From assembly GCA_030704615.1 (NCBI GenBank), contig CM060731.1:27838001-27902000 (forward strand): DNA of 64,000 nucleotides, in the 5' to 3' direction. The DNA comes from Takakia lepidozioides. Its lineage: Eukaryota; Plantae; Bryophyta. A program made the position numbers and the translations under genes. The notes under the pieces are model-generated. The model saw only the letters and a list, made by a program, of their open reading frames with translations, was not told the origin of the DNA and did not search any database. Position 1 is the first letter of the stretch. Each line of letters opens with the position of its first letter. Positions 12,322 to 26,489 of this stretch are shown here, piece after piece.

Positions 12322-15300
12322 ATGAGTAGCTCCGTGCTGTCCCTTGATGCGGAGAGCGTGCAGCCTGGAGATGAGAGCCGTGATTATACACAGCTACCCT
12401 GCCAAGATGGGAATGTCTGTGCAATCTTGGACGAGTCCAAGAAGTTTGAACTGTCTGAGGAGCTTTCTGTGGAAGAAGCCTTCGCGAATGTGGAGGTTCC
12501 CCCTGGTGGGACCAGATCACATTTCGTGGGGTGGCGGTGAGTGTTGTGCTGGGTACCATGTTCTGTCTCATCACCCACAAGTTGAACCTCACTGTGGGAA
12601 TCATTCCATCTCTGAATGTTGGAGCAGGCTTGCTGGCATACTTCTTCATCAAGACATGGACGTTTACCTTATCGAAGTTCGGTTTCTGGAGCAAGCCTTT
12701 TACGCGGCAGGAGAACACAGTCATTCAGACCTGCGTCGTCGCCTGCTACGGGCTTGCCTTCAGTGGTACGGTGCACTACACACCTTGGGCTTGCCGAACA
12801 TTTGTGGGTGTTGTGTTGAGATTAGCGAACCAGGAAGGTGATAGAGATTGAGAGAGCGCTGAGATGCAGATGTAGGAAAACGAGCTTCAGAATTTCTCCA
12901 TACCGCTCTTTAGCGTGGCTAAATTGAACTCAAAAAGTAAAACGAAAGTTTCAAACTATATGAGGGGTTTGATTGGCAGAGAAAATGTACTCATAAGGCG
13001 TTGTTTGCCCGTAGCCATTGACCCCGCGCCCAGTTTGAGCGGAACACAAAGACAGAAATGACCTTGGTCAGGGTCTTACGCTGCTAGCATGACTTACCTT
13101 GAAACAGACAATTGATCCGAGTTTTCCAGATATCCTCTCGAACAAAAATCACTCTGCTGTGTGTGATTTGCCCAATAACTAGACCCAAAAGGGCCTGGGC
13201 TTTTGGCTCAGCCTCTAGATTTTCAAAGTTGGTAAACTTGAATGGCAGGGAGAGAGCGATACACACAGATATAGACCCGAAACTGCTCCTTGTCAAGGGC
13301 AAGGAGTGGATGGGCGAGCTGGAATTAGAGAGTTGTAATTGGAGTTGCCTTGTGCACTTTCTATGAGCAGTTTGGTCACTAAGATAGTGTGTTTTGTCAA
13401 CAGAGGAAAAGTTTTCTAATCTGGTCAGGTCACATTGTTGGAACCAGATGTATGTCTTGAACCATGAATTGCTAGGATCACCTCAGATTGTCACTCCAAT
13501 GCTTCTGCCAATGAAGGCTGATTCTTAGAAATATTCTCTTTAGTGTTAATCATTGAAGTACTCAAAACATTTAACACAATTGCACGGTCTGATTAAGGGG
13601 TCTCCACCCTTGGATAGCCGTGGTCTCTTTTCTTCACAGTGTGGAGTTTTTGTGAATGTGGGGGCTACATTCTGAGTGAGTGTCTTTGGACGCTATCAAG
13701 TTTCTTTCTTTGCGGACGATATAAAGTACCATTTCATTTCATTTCATTTCTTTTGTTCCCTTCCTTTGTGTCTCTGTGTTATTACCCCGACCACATGCCC
13801 CATTGTCTAACTTTCTGAAACTACACTGACATAGAGGGAAAGATGTTGATTGTTTTACAGGGGGATTTGGGACATATTTGTTGGCCATGAGCAGCAAGAG
13901 CTACAACAGATTAGGTCCTAACTATCAGGGCAACCATGCTGAGGATGTAAAGGATCCCAAATTGGGCTGGATGATTGCCTTTCTCTTCATAGTCAGCTTT
14001 GTTGGCATCTTCTCCCTGGTTCCACTCCGCAGGGTATCCTCTCACTCTTCTTTCCCACCAAACTAAGGGTGTTAGTATACCTCTTCCTGCTCAGTTAGAG
14101 GACTGCCATCCCACCTTTTAATGCTCGGTCCAGAGGCTGTCATTGCACCTAAGTTCTGGAGGTTTTGAGATTATGCCAAAAGCTGTGAACCTCCAGAAGG
14201 TGAGAATGAACCTCAATCACAAATTTTTCTCTCCTGTAGGACTAATCTGCTGTTCTTGTTCTTCCCCCATTTTGCTCTGAACAAATTGGGCATGGGGTGT
14301 AATAGTCCCATGGCTACAGCAGGCCAAAGTGAATGTTTCCATCTGTCTCTTTCTGCTGACATAATTGGGATTGGCCTTTGAAATTACTTTGAGAAGTTTC
14401 TGTTGGTCCTATAAATCCTTATTTCTTTCTTTCTGGCTTTGGGATTTGTGTGCTCCTTAAAATGAAGTTCTACGATTCTGTTGGTATACCCCTAAAAAAC
14501 TGGCAGATTGTGTTGCACTTGTAAATCTTGGCTTAAACCCTCAGGTTAAGCAACACTTAAGATTGTTTATCAGAGCAGCAGATCCTGTGGTGTCATCTAT
14601 AACCTTTTGTAACCCATGGAATGGTGTTACTATGTTTGGAAATTAATGCAAGCAGCCGGCCCCAACTCCTAGTAGGCAAACTCATTATGACCTGTATGCA
14701 GAGAGAGAGCATGTGATTTGTTACTGAAATACCTTCCCAGTACATAGATGCTGCAGTCTTATGGCCATGGACCCTGCCAGATTTTATCCTCTTCAAGGTG
14801 ACCTCATCGTCAAACTGCCATAGATCTCTATATCCTTCCATCTGGTTGTAGACAAGTAGAGATATACTCTACAGGATTTGCTTGCAAATAATATTGTTGT
14901 TGATAAAAGGCTTGAATGCTTGCTTGAAAATGCACTTTCATTGTGTTGTGTACAGATAATGATACTGAAGTACAAGCTCATATATCCAAGTGGCACCGCT
15001 ACAGCAGTTCTCATCAACAGCTTCCATACACCTGAGGGTGCAGAGACCGCTGAGTGAGTTGCATTTCTTGCCAACCCAGCACCAATGCCAACCAGCTTCC
15101 ATAGTCTGCGAGTCCTGAATTAATTGCTTCCACTGTAGGAGGGCGAATGGTACTTATTTGATGCAAGTCTGGGATTGAGCAAAGTGTGTCAGTGGATGAA
15201 ATTACTACTCTCCTTTCAGAGCAGTCCGTCTTAGAGCCTTCAGCAAGGAGCATCTGAAGTGCTTGGCAGATTGACCACTCCAGCTTCAACCAGAGTTTTG

Positions 15301-18133
15301 TGTTATTTCGACATGTTCTTTTGGTTTTCTCATGTAGTTCTACTGTTTCCCATGGGTCCCGTGGGTTTTCTTTGGACAAAAGATGTATTCTATATTTTTG
15401 TTTTCTTCTCTTCTAGAGCAAGGGGAAGGGTTGAGAAGAAATGAGCAGGACCCCAGATGAAACCCCATCAGAAGACCTCTTCACCTAACACCGCAGTGAC
15501 ACTGAGAAAAGCCACCAAGACAAGGAAAAGGATCTGTAGGTCAGAAGCCCTCAGAAAACAAGAAGTACACATATATGTCAATTTTGAAGCACAACAACCA
15601 TCACAGGCAGAAGCCAGAACATGCCAGCAAATCATGACCAATGGTTAGAAAAACACAATATGAAGAAGGGGTTGGAATAGATCAAGGTTCGTTCTGATAT
15701 CAAAAGCCAGCTCTGACATTAACGAGTCCATCCCTTGCAGTGTCGTAGTTGTTGTTCTAAATGAACGCTGTGGCAATAACAGACTGATTGGGTGGTATGA
15801 CCCTGGACCTGCTCCTGAAGGCTTACAATCCTTTGGGAACAATCGTCTCAGAGGGTGGATAGTCATTGTCGATGGATGCAGTTATCTCTGATGAGTGAAA
15901 TTCCCTTGATAGAACTGGGGAGTTGGTTGGAGTGGCTTCATATGCACCATGTCCAGTGCACATGTATCTTCTGGTGATCAGCTTATTCGTGTCATATTGA
16001 TGAGGTTTGACGGAGAGGAAGAGATGAGGGCTGATGATTATTTTATGAGTAAGTGCAGGAAGCAGGTGATGAGCCTAGGGAAGTTTTTTGGTGCAAGTTT
16101 CCTGTGGAGTTTCTTTAAGTGGTTCTGGAGTGGTGTTGGAGACAACTGTGGCTTTGACAACTTCCCTTCTCTGGGCTTGCAGGCCTTTGTGCACACGTGA
16201 GCTTTGTCGGACCTTTCCTGTCCACTGTCATTGTTCCTTTTGGTCATGTGCAAAACTGGCAGCTATGCGAAGTGGAAAATTCCCTCATCTAAGTTGAAGT
16301 GGATTTCGTGGGGTCGCAGGTTTTACTTTGACTTCGGGTTAACCTATATTGGTGTGGGTATGATATGCCCTCACATTGTGAACTGCTCCGTGATGCTGGG
16401 TGCTATCATTTCGTGGGGGATCATGTGGCCTCTTATCAGCTCTCAAGAAGGAAAATGGTTTGCAGCTGATCTTTCAAGTAGTGACTTCAAAGGGCTCTAC
16501 GGCTACAAGGTCTCTGCTTTGAGGGGCCCTTTTGTGGTTCTACTGATTTCTTTCTGTGGTTCTCATTTTTTTGTTCTACTTGCATCCTGGGGCTTTTTGG
16601 GCCTCTTGGATGTAAAATTTTCTTTCTTTTTTTCTTTCTCTGTTCATTTTAAGTTTAGTGGATTTCTAGAAGAGGTTGACTTACATTCTTGCAGTTGCTG
16701 ATAGGTGAAGTCTCTGTCGCGTTCTCTTGTCAGTTGGCTCTTTCTGTTGCTTTAGAAGGGCATAAAACTTTACAGGCAGTTCTGCAAAGCTGCAACCACC
16801 ATAATCTGGGTGTGATGGATTAACAGGTGTTCATAGCAGCTGCCCTGATCTTGGGAGATGGGCTCTACAATTTTGTGAAGATCTAACAAGTTTACGGTCA
16901 TCTTTCTTAAGACTTTGGCAGGAATTCTTTTGTTTATCAACTCGTTTTTCCACTTCCTTCTAAGCGTGAGGATTCTGGACATTTTGAGTTGATAGAAACC
17001 CAACAAGCACACACACGTACATTCTTCTCAAAATGTTCTTGAAACCCAAGAAAAAGTACAAGGTTGCTAGATTGCTTGCTTATCTCTGCTCCCTCTTGTA
17101 TGACTAGATTTAGATCATTCTTTAGAGCAGGGTGGTAACCAACAAACATTGTTGTCCCTACACACATGGAGTGGTTTAACAGGTGAAGTCACGGAAAATA
17201 TATCTGTGGATGAAAAGCGGCGTGACGAGGTATTTTTGAAGGAAGGAGTGCCATTGTGGGTCGCAACATCGGGCTATGTTGCATTGGCAGCCATATCCAT
17301 GATGGTGATTCCCAAGATGTTTCCTTCTGTAACATGGTACTTTGTGTTAGGGGCTTACATTTTGGCCCCTGTTCTTGCATTCTGCAATGCTTATGGTTGT
17401 GGGTTAACAGACTGGAGTCTGGGAACGACTTATGGAAAGATTGGTCTCTTTGTCTTTGCGGGCTGGGCTGGAACCAATGGAGGTGTTCTTGCAGGCCTGG
17501 TGGGGTGTGGACTCATGATGACAATTGTCACGACAGCAGCTGATTTGATGCAAGACATTCGTACTGGGTACCTTACGCTGTCATCCCCACGCTCCATGTT
17601 TGTTACCCAATTATTAATTGGGTACGGTTATCGGCTGTGTGATAGCACCCCTCACATTCTGGCTGTTCTGGATTTCATTCGATGTTGGAGATCCAAATGG
17701 AGAGTATAAAGCCCCAAATGGAGTCCTTTTCCGGGCCATGTCCATAGTCGGTGTTGAAGGTTTCTCGGCACTACCACCACACTGTCTCGAGTTTTGCTAT
17801 GTGGCTTTTGCTTTGGCTGTGGTGCTGAACATCATTCGTGACCTGGTGCCTCAGAAAGTTGCCTCCTATATCCCAATCCCAATGGCCATGGGAATTCCAT
17901 TCTACATTGGGGCCTACTTTGCAATTGACATGTTTATTGGGTCAGTCATCTTGTTTGCTTGGCAAACTCTCAACAAGAAGGAGGCAGATATCTATTCAGC
18001 AGTTGTAGCGTCGGGATTGATTTGTGGGGATGGCATCTGGAGCGTTCCCGCAGCACTTCTCTCACTTGCTAAAATTAGCCCACCCATTTGCATGATGTTT
18101 GTTAAAGCAGCAGAGGCTGCTACGGGTGGGTAG
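12322..18133 (+). pseudogene. YSL: YSL/OPT-family metal-nicotianamine transporter, 7 exons (12322-12765, 13861-14033, 14956-15053, 16059-16196, 16320-16509, 16827-~16885, 17183-18133), with lesions
   Basis: Motifs [92 protein letters not shown], with GT-AG junctions. Lesions: frameshifts at ~12500 and ~17620, and TAA after NFVKI (~16884). Confidence 0.88.
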
Positions 18134-18799
18134 CTGCTAGTTCATCAGGATACGACAGGCATTATATGCCCGTTTGATGATGGTTTCATACAGATTCTAT
18201 GGGGCTGGGATACAGGTTAACTTGCGATGTGCATGTGGGTGGGCAGTCCGCTGTTTAAGGGTCTGGACACGGTACTGTATCTGGATGTTCCCAAGTGAAT
18301 GTACATATGATTATTTCAATTGATATAGATCTCAGGTAATTTGACAGTGACTTCTGCGTACTTTTTCCAATTACATGAAATTTCTTGTTCATACCCGTGT
18401 GCAGGAATGACACTGACATAGGATGTGCTAGGTTTTGCTTCCCCTCCTCAGCCAAGCTTTGATGTAATATGGGCTGCACCCTCCCTTGGAAACTTATTTT
18501 TCCCAAATGCTTTGCCAACACTTCATGAGAATACATACAATTTCAGAGTCTAAGTCCTGTTCATTCCTCTAGCTGTGGCAGCTACAGCAAATCCCCACTG
18601 GACCAGGGAATTTTTCTTGAAATTGTCTAGGTGGCTCCGGTGGTGATTTCAATTTACAACAAGATGCTCATATGGCGAGACAAATCATATGGGTGTAGAA
18701 TTGATTGCCTACATCACCTTGAAATTGATCGAAATCTGGTGACATGTCAAGTTTCTTGCTTACTGAGCAACCAAGCTAGATCATGACAAGGCATTCTTC

Positions 18800-19960
18800 T
18801 ACTCTGTAATTAGACACTTAATTTAGGTAGATGCAAGGTAATTTTCGGGAGACCATAAAATAGGATCAAAGAGGATCCTCAAACCTATGAGGAGGTCACG
18901 AGGCAATTTATCACCCTTAATTCGAATTTACCCTCTGCTGCAGAGAGAGCCTCAGCAGCAAGGTTCTCAGCCTGGGACGAGTCAAACATTTCCCAAGTCA
19001 AAGATATATGGGATGGTCAAGCATTCTTAAACCAAGACAAAATCAATGCGATTGTTGGGCCTCAAAGGGGAAACTCAGGTTACCATCACATACTCCAAAA
19101 CATTCCTGCAATCTGGAAGGTATGGCTGGGCCTCATCAAGCCTCCCCTCATAGCTGGGTCATCTGTTCCACACACAGTCAACAAGTTATATACATCACTG
19201 ACACTCGGGCTGATCATATAGTGGGCATTGTTATGGACAAAACAGAATTATCAAACTTCCTTACCCCTGCCTCATTCAGTGTCTATATCTGGAGGGCTGT
19301 GCGAATTTGCCAATGGTCTTCACCCGACAAGGATATGAACCCCAAAGCACCATTAAACATACCCCTAGCTACCTGGCTATCCTCGCAACTATTCTTTTGG
19401 GTTGAAGGGGGTCCATTGACGGGGGTGGCAGTAGTGCAAAGAATGGACATGGAACTTCGGATCATCCACTACCTCATTCTTTAACTACTCTGCCAAAGCC
19501 GCATACCGTTCCCTGCTCAAACCACAGCAATTTCACCTTAAATGGGATTCAAAATGGGAGGGCTACATCTGGCATAATGGAATTTGATATGGGCCAATAT
19601 ATGGAACAAGGTCAGGCCGGCGAAAATCGCACCGTTCCTGTGGCAGGTTGCGAACAAGGTGCTCAAAGTGGGTGTCTGGCTGGCAGAGGCTCTGCTTTGC
19701 AAATGTTGTAACCTTGGAATAACTGAATCATTGGAGCACTGCCTTCTTCACTGCAGCATTCCATCTAAAACATGGCCTCTGCTACTTCCAATCATGCAAA
19801 TCTGGAAACCACGACCCTCTACAATTCAAAAACTTCTAAACTATGATGTCTCACTTCATCAGACCTCCTGCAGTTTGCGAGTCCTTTAGATCCATTGCAC
19901 TTTGGAACATCTGGAAGGTTAGATGTAAAGCACGTCAGCAGCAAACACTCAACTCGCCTC
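18800..19960 (+). mobile_element. L1-like LINE 3' remnant (zf-RVT region)
   Basis: WANIWNKVRPAKIAPFLWQV...CKCC...ESLEHCLLHC...W. Confidence 0.7.
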
Positions 19961-20314
19961 TGCTTCGACCCCTAGATTCGTCTTCTCGATCGTCCCCAAC
20001 CTAGTTTCTCCTCGTTGAATCTTTGTCTCCTCCTATTCTCTAAAGCTAATCTTGCAGCTGTAGTACTACGCACATGAGGGGGCGGGCAGGGCTGATCAGC
20101 CAGCGGATCAGCCCTGTGGGACCCGGGGCGGATATGGGGGCGGGGATATCCGCAGTGACCACGCACATGGGTGGATGAAATCTGTGGACTCATCCGCTGG
20201 GTGAACTCGGGCAAAAATTCACCGTAGCCAAGTTTTCAGTGCCTTGAATTTTCCATTCTGAGTGATGGATAAAGCATTGTAATTATCAAATTGATCTAGG
20301 AATAGCCTGTATTA

Positions 20315-21085
20315 GGGTCCCTTATCAACCGTTTAGGCAATAATTAATTCAAAAATGAAAGTGCCTAACGCGCTTTGGGAATTTTTCAAATTTTGGCCTA
20401 ATTGTTCGGAAACTATGGGTCCAAAGTGATTCCAGCAAAAAACTTGCAAGCCTCTTCTCATGTTGTTTGTAATAAGATGAAAATTTCATTGAACAAAAAT
20501 CAAGGTTTTGGCCATAGAGGGTGCTCTGGGACCTGGAAGCAGTGGAAAGGAGATGGAGGGGAGAGGGGGAGGAATATACCATATTATGATAAGTTATGAT
20601 AACTTAGCAACTTTATTAATCATACTTTGAAATAAAATAAAAATAGTTAATTATATACATCTTTTTTAGTTTTGTAAGTCATTTTGTTTTGCATATGTTT
20701 TCAATCGGTTGCCTCTGCAACTGTTACAAATTTTCTTACAGAAGGTTATATATATATATATATATATATATATGCTTGCGGAAATAACTTCCTACAAATC
20801 CTACGAAAACCTAATGGAGTATGGACTCATGAGGCGGGCCGCCTAGTGGAGGAGATTTGAGCTGGGCATGTTGGCATGGGACAAGGGGCCAGGGCATTGG
20901 GTTTCTATTTTGTATTTTTATTCTTAAGAAAATAAATGTTTTCTCTTCTCATGTGCCTAACTCAAAAAAATTATAGCATGAAGATGCCTAATTTGAGAAA
21001 TGGTTTGAGAAACGTGCCTAAGCAGTCTGTTTGGTTTTTAATAATTATTAGGCGCAAAAATGCCTAAGTGGTTGACAAGGGACAG
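20315..21085. mobile_element. Possible MITE with ~23-bp imperfect TIRs, TA-flanked, with internal (AT)n
   Basis: gtcccttatcaaccgtttaggca vs the reverse complement of tgcctaagtggttgacaagggac. Confidence 0.45.
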
Positions 21086-23488
21086 TACCTTAGGCATGTG
21101 GTCCCGTTATGAATATAATATTTGACTGCATATGTTTTGTGGGCAGTTTCTGTCTGGATCGGATGCTATGTGCGAATGGAAAAGGCTTTACAGACTTTAA
21201 ACCAAGAGGCATTTCAGCAGATTCAAATGCATTTGAATAATAATTAGTAAATCCAAATATCAGTATTTAACTCATACCAAAATAGTTTCGCCAGGCCTCT
21301 GTCCCCGGCTTAATTAATTAATTTTCGTCTTATGTAGAATATGTTTAAAATATAGTTTGAATATGTAATTATATTATTTCAATATAACATTTTAAGGAAA
21401 TTCTCTACGTAGAGTCTTATGGTGGAGCCATTACGTGACTAGCCGCTTTGTTTTAACATGAAAACTAACTTTTGTTTTTCATCTAAAAGGTTTTTTTTTC
21501 ATCCACTTTTATCCGGCGGATCAGCTCGCAGGCTGAGCGATCGCGCGGGGCGAATATCGCTATCAGCGCGCGGGAAGCGGGATCAGCCCACCAGCCTAAG
21601 TTCTGAGTTTGGTTTGAAACATAGTCGAACTGCCCGGTCAAATGCAAATGGGGACACACGCTTTTATGGAAGACTTCGCTCATTGCATCATTCAACAGGG
21701 ATCTTGAAAAAACTAAGAAGCTGGGAACAGCTCAGGATGACCACTTCCTTCTACTCTGCACCATGATTATGAGTTGTCTTTGTTCAGCTATGATGAAGGA
21801 TGTTGAAAAACACAAAGCAGGTTGAATCTCGGAGTTTTGGTCATTAATTGTTGTAAATTTTTTGTGACAACATAATGTTAAGTTCTTTTTTATATTATGG
21901 ATTGCATCTTTGCTGGCCCTTCTATGCAAAGGCACCTAATGGGTTCAAACTCTGCACCCAGCACATACAAGCGTATTGACAATTAGCTGCCATGGTGCCT
22001 GGAGGTTCATTGAATAAGAGTTTAGTCCCTGCTACGTTTGTATGGCACGTGTGTGTGCTGGAGATTCTACGGAGTTTTAGCATCGAGCTGACTATGTACA
22101 ATCCAAGGGCATCTGAGAGATGTATCCTTAATCTTACCTCTCAAGATAAGGAAACTCCATATCACTGCTGGGTTCAGTGCCCTGCTGCCCCTTTGTTAGT
22201 GAAGATTCATCTGATGATTTGGTCTGACAGTCCACACCTTGGCCAGTGCTTGGCTCCATACACCGTTGCTGCTCTCTTACATGCTCATCTAGCCCATGGG
22301 TTGTCACTTCTTCAGAACCAGAGAGCTCTTCGCTATCGCGGATAATTTCACCTGACATTCCTTGATTGGAGCCCTTCCCTGGATCTTCTTCTCGCTTGGA
22401 AGGTTTCCATTTCAATGGTGTCAGGGATGTTAAAGGAGTTACATTTCCGGGTGTGGCAGAAGGACTGCTGCAACCTGGATCCCTCTCAAGCTCGCTGGAT
22501 GTACTTGACCTTATGCAAACAGGAAAGCCCGCCAAATGAGCAATCATAGAACTCAAAAAACGTCTGATTGAGAGTATTTGTAGGTTTATGGTGAGGTCAT
22601 AGTGACTCCACTACCTTTGCCAAGAATAGGTTCAATCTAAAGCACAAATCTTTTGCACATCCACAAACCAGATGTGGTGACAACTCCCAAATTGGAGCTT
22701 TCGTCAATCTGCTGACTTGAGAGCTCTTTGGTCAGTCCTCACCGGGTTCAATCAATCCGCGCCAGACGATGTAGGACAGGGAAGCGGTCTGCATCGTCTC
22801 CAAAATGATGTCTGGCACAATCCCGCATTTGCTCATTCCCTGATCTGTGTGCTTCTACCGTCAGGGGTTCCAGCGTTCCTCCTCCCTCGCCACTCCAAGC
22901 TCGCACCTTCACAAAACTGTCTTTTCGCGCAGCAGCCCGCTCCGTACTCGAAACAATACAATATTCGTATGTATATGTATAGTAGTCGTATGTACGATTA
23001 GGTTGCCCTGGACCCTAGGCCCGAGCCTAGGATATAGAATCATTTCAGGAATCTTTCCTAGGCTAGAAAGATTCCTGAAATACCCCAGGGTCCAAGGCAC
23101 ACTTGCTGGCCACAAAATGTTCCCTTACGTTCCCATAGGATACCCCAGGCCTGTGGTTTTTTGAGGAACAAAACCCCGAGACATTGCATGTCCTGGGCTA
23201 TGGAATATTCTCTCAGGCTTTGGAATATTGTCCCGGGCTTTGAAATCTTCAGCCCGGGCTTTAGAATCTTTCAATGTATGGCTCTTTTACCATTCCCTAA
23301 TCGTCTCCTCCACACACATGACAAAACCTACCAGATCTAAGGTGGACCCCACATATGGAATAGCAAAAAGGTCATGAATGCAGGCCCAGGCCATCGGTAC
23401 AGGACCGAGTTAAAAAATCCAGTTTTGGCCTGGGCCTGGGGTAACTGTTTTGGCCTGGACCCCGGACAGGACCGGCACCCCTGTCCAG

Positions 23489-23551
23489 CTGGGAACAAAA
23501 AGGGAGCATTTTCGGGCAGCTGCCCAGAAATGAACGGCCGAGATCTTCTGT
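23489..23551. repeat. 63-bp segment identical in inverted orientation to 61556-61618
   Basis: ctgggaacaaaaagggagcattttcgggcagctgcccagaaatgaacggccgagatcttctgt. Confidence 0.9.
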
Positions 23552-23764
23552 CCATAGCGGACACGTGGTTGGACGTGATTTTGTCTCTTTCCTTCCTCGA
23601 CGTGTTTCCATGGACTTTGCAACTGCAAGTTTTCGGAGCACCGGAGACAAATTGAATGCAAGAATGTATCATAGCACCTTGATTACTTCACTCTGTGGGT
23701 TCGAATGTCTTGCGTTTTGGTATGTTGTGTGCAGCCAAATGAAAGTACTCACAGAGGGCAGCAA

Positions 23765-24045
23765 AGCCGTGAGCAGAATCTGTGAGCAGATTCCCCGAAG
23801 CGTGAGCAGAATCAAAGAGTGAGCAGATTTTGCTTGCGGACCCCAAAACCGTGGGGACAAGTGGGCCTATTTCCGTGGACGCCAACTTCACTGCAAACAC
23901 GCAGTCTCCGCTCCATCGGACCGAAGACAGACAGGCTCCATGACGACAAAGTGGCACGAATGCACGATGATACATTCACGGATGAATGGATTTGGGATGG
24001 ACGTAAAAGTGTAATGGATGAATGTTGGATGAAGCACGGATGAGA
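23765..24045. repeat. GTGAGCAGA / GGATGAA motif-array repeat (related copy at 38250-38485)
   Basis: Four gtgagcaga copies followed by a ggatgaa-rich tract; the same organisation recurs at 38250-38485. Confidence 0.6.
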
Positions 24046-24103
24046 AGTTGTCCAGATGAGGGGACTATGGAGGACTGTATGAGCATGTCTCCTGTGGGAT
24101 CAA

Positions 24104-24930
24104 CAAGCGCATGCACCAAGCATTAAGGTGTTGTCAACGACATCTTAAATCGCATGCTCAGCATGAGAAATGAACCCATGAAAATCGTTGCAAGAAGAAA
24201 AATGTGGCCTGGAAAAAACCATAGGGGTAGTTGAAACCCTGCTCAGGGAATGACGAAAGATGTCGTCAACGACATCTTAATCCCCTGCCCTATATATATG
24301 TAAGCCCAAAAATGGAGAAAGGCTTGGGTTTACTTGAACAAAGTGGATCCATGAATGTCTCGTGAGGGATCAGCAAGCGCATGCACCAAGCATTAAGGTG
24401 TCGTCAACGACATCTTAGATCGCATGCTCAGCATGAGAAATGAACCCATGAAAATTGTTGCAAGAAAATAAATCTGGCCTGAAAAAAACCATAGGGGGGA
24501 GTTGTAACCCTCCTCAGGGAATGACGAATTAAGATGTCGTCAACGACATCTTAATCCTCTGCCCTCTTTGAAAATGGGAATTTCACCAAACAGGATAAAT
24601 CACAATATATATATAAGCCCCAAAATGGAGAAAGGGCTGGGTTTACTTGAACAAAGTGGATCCATGAAGACTGACTGCATTAGTGGATCTATTAAAACAT
24701 TGGTGAACTCGCGATAGTGGAGCATATAAAATTAGATTGGCTGGAGAGAACCATAGGGGGGAGCTGTAATCCTGCTCAGGGAAGCACGAATTAAGATGTC
24801 GTCAACGACATCTTAATCCCATGCCTTGTTTAGACATGGGAATTTCACCAAATACGATAAGAGACAAAAATAAAATAAAATAAATAAATACATAAAAACC
24901 CAAAAATGGGGAAAGGTTTGGGTTTACCTG
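24104..24930. repeat. ~270-bp tandem repeats carrying the 26-bp palindrome TTAAGRTGTCGT-CA-ACGACATCTTAA
   Basis: Units start at 24104 and 24374, plus a partial third; palindrome centres at 24135, 24267, 24405, 24541, 24803. Confidence 0.85.
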
Positions 24931-26489
24931 GGAGAGTCTCCGAGAGATACCAGCCGAGAAGAACGCACCAGACCAGAACCCTGAAGTGGACGTCAACGTG
25001 GTGACTGAGGAGGAGGTGCCCAGGGTTCACTCTCCGCAGCGGGCTAGGGCAACAGTGGAGCAGCCAGTGGACACACAGCCACGAGTGAAGGGGAAGACAC
25101 AAGTGCAAGGAACAATGCGACCTGCGGAGAAGGGGTCTTCCAGCGGCCGTCCAAAGCCTATGAAGGTTTGTTCTAGCTTGCCCACACTACTACAGAAACC
25201 GGTTTTTCCAACACCACCCATAGTTCACACCTGGCACTTTGAACAGCTCCTCTTACACCCATGTGAGAGGGGGCAAGGTGTGATCTGGACCATTGTAGGA
25301 AAACCCACATGGTGTTACAAATTTCACACTCGAATGACACCCATACGGTCAACGGGTGTTGACCAAGATAATGCATATGGGGCATTTGACATGAGTGTGA
25401 AATGAGTCATGGAGTGTGAGGTTAGTGTGAGATGTCCTACAGGAATTTGGGGCAACTATATGGCATGGCACATTGACCATCCAGGTGGAAGATAGATGGA
25501 TGAAATGACTTCCACCTCTATTCAACATGCCTCGGACGACATAACACATAGACTTTTGTTTAGAGAATTTAAAAGTTCAAAAATGTTATTAAGGTTATGG
25601 GGTCTGCATGTAGAGGGCTGTGGGACTTGTAGTTTTTCTTTGCCAGCTCGTTTAGAATCTGAATGCCCACCAGTGCAGGCCATCCATTTAAGTTGATGCC
25701 AATTTTCATCCAAACATCAAAGCTCTCAAAATAGACAACCTCAAGTAAAATGAGAAGGAGATCGGCAGAACCGAAAGGGCATAGAATTCTCTTCAATATT
25801 GAACATTGCCTGCAACTATTGGCTATAACTTGCCCTCTGTCCTGTCACATATAATCCCTTCGGGAACCAGCAATCCAAAAAGATGCACTGCTCATGCAGC
25901 TGACGACAATATCGTTATGAGAATGTCACACTATAATCAACAATGTACAACAATTGCTTTGAGAAGCTATAGATAAAACTACCTCATGTCGTCTCAGAGA
26001 TTTGTGAGCGCCAAAAATGTCAATCCCATTTCTGTCCAATCAACCTTGACACGCAGTTCGGGACACGCAGCAGAGAGGGCGTAGGCGCATGTGCACAACA
26101 ACCCTAGGCCCCTCACAATGAGACAGTCTGAAGCTGAGCTGAGCACGAATTTCAATCTCTACTAGTCCAACCGTACTAGAGAAATATCTAGTGATCCTCA
26201 GACAAGGCTTTACCTTACAAAATTTGTTCCCAATGACTACCTCCCTGTCCACATTGTTGCTTGATGTCGAGAAGCTTGGACAAAGTGCCTTGCTCTTTGT
26301 GACTGGCTCCCTTTTTGAGACAGCAGGGTTTTTTTTTACGGGTGTACTTCACTCACAACCGTCTTTTTTACACTGCGTCCGGGATATCAATGATCGCCCC
26401 AGCCTGAATTTTGCCCCACCCTATCAAGCGCCAGTGTTTTTCAACTAGTGCTTTTCAACTCGTCTGCTGAGGGCCCCACTTTCTCCCCT

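Noticed and set aside
22134-22860. Possible minus-strand exons of a host gene
   Set aside because: Splice-like signals are present, but there is no recognisable domain or complete model.
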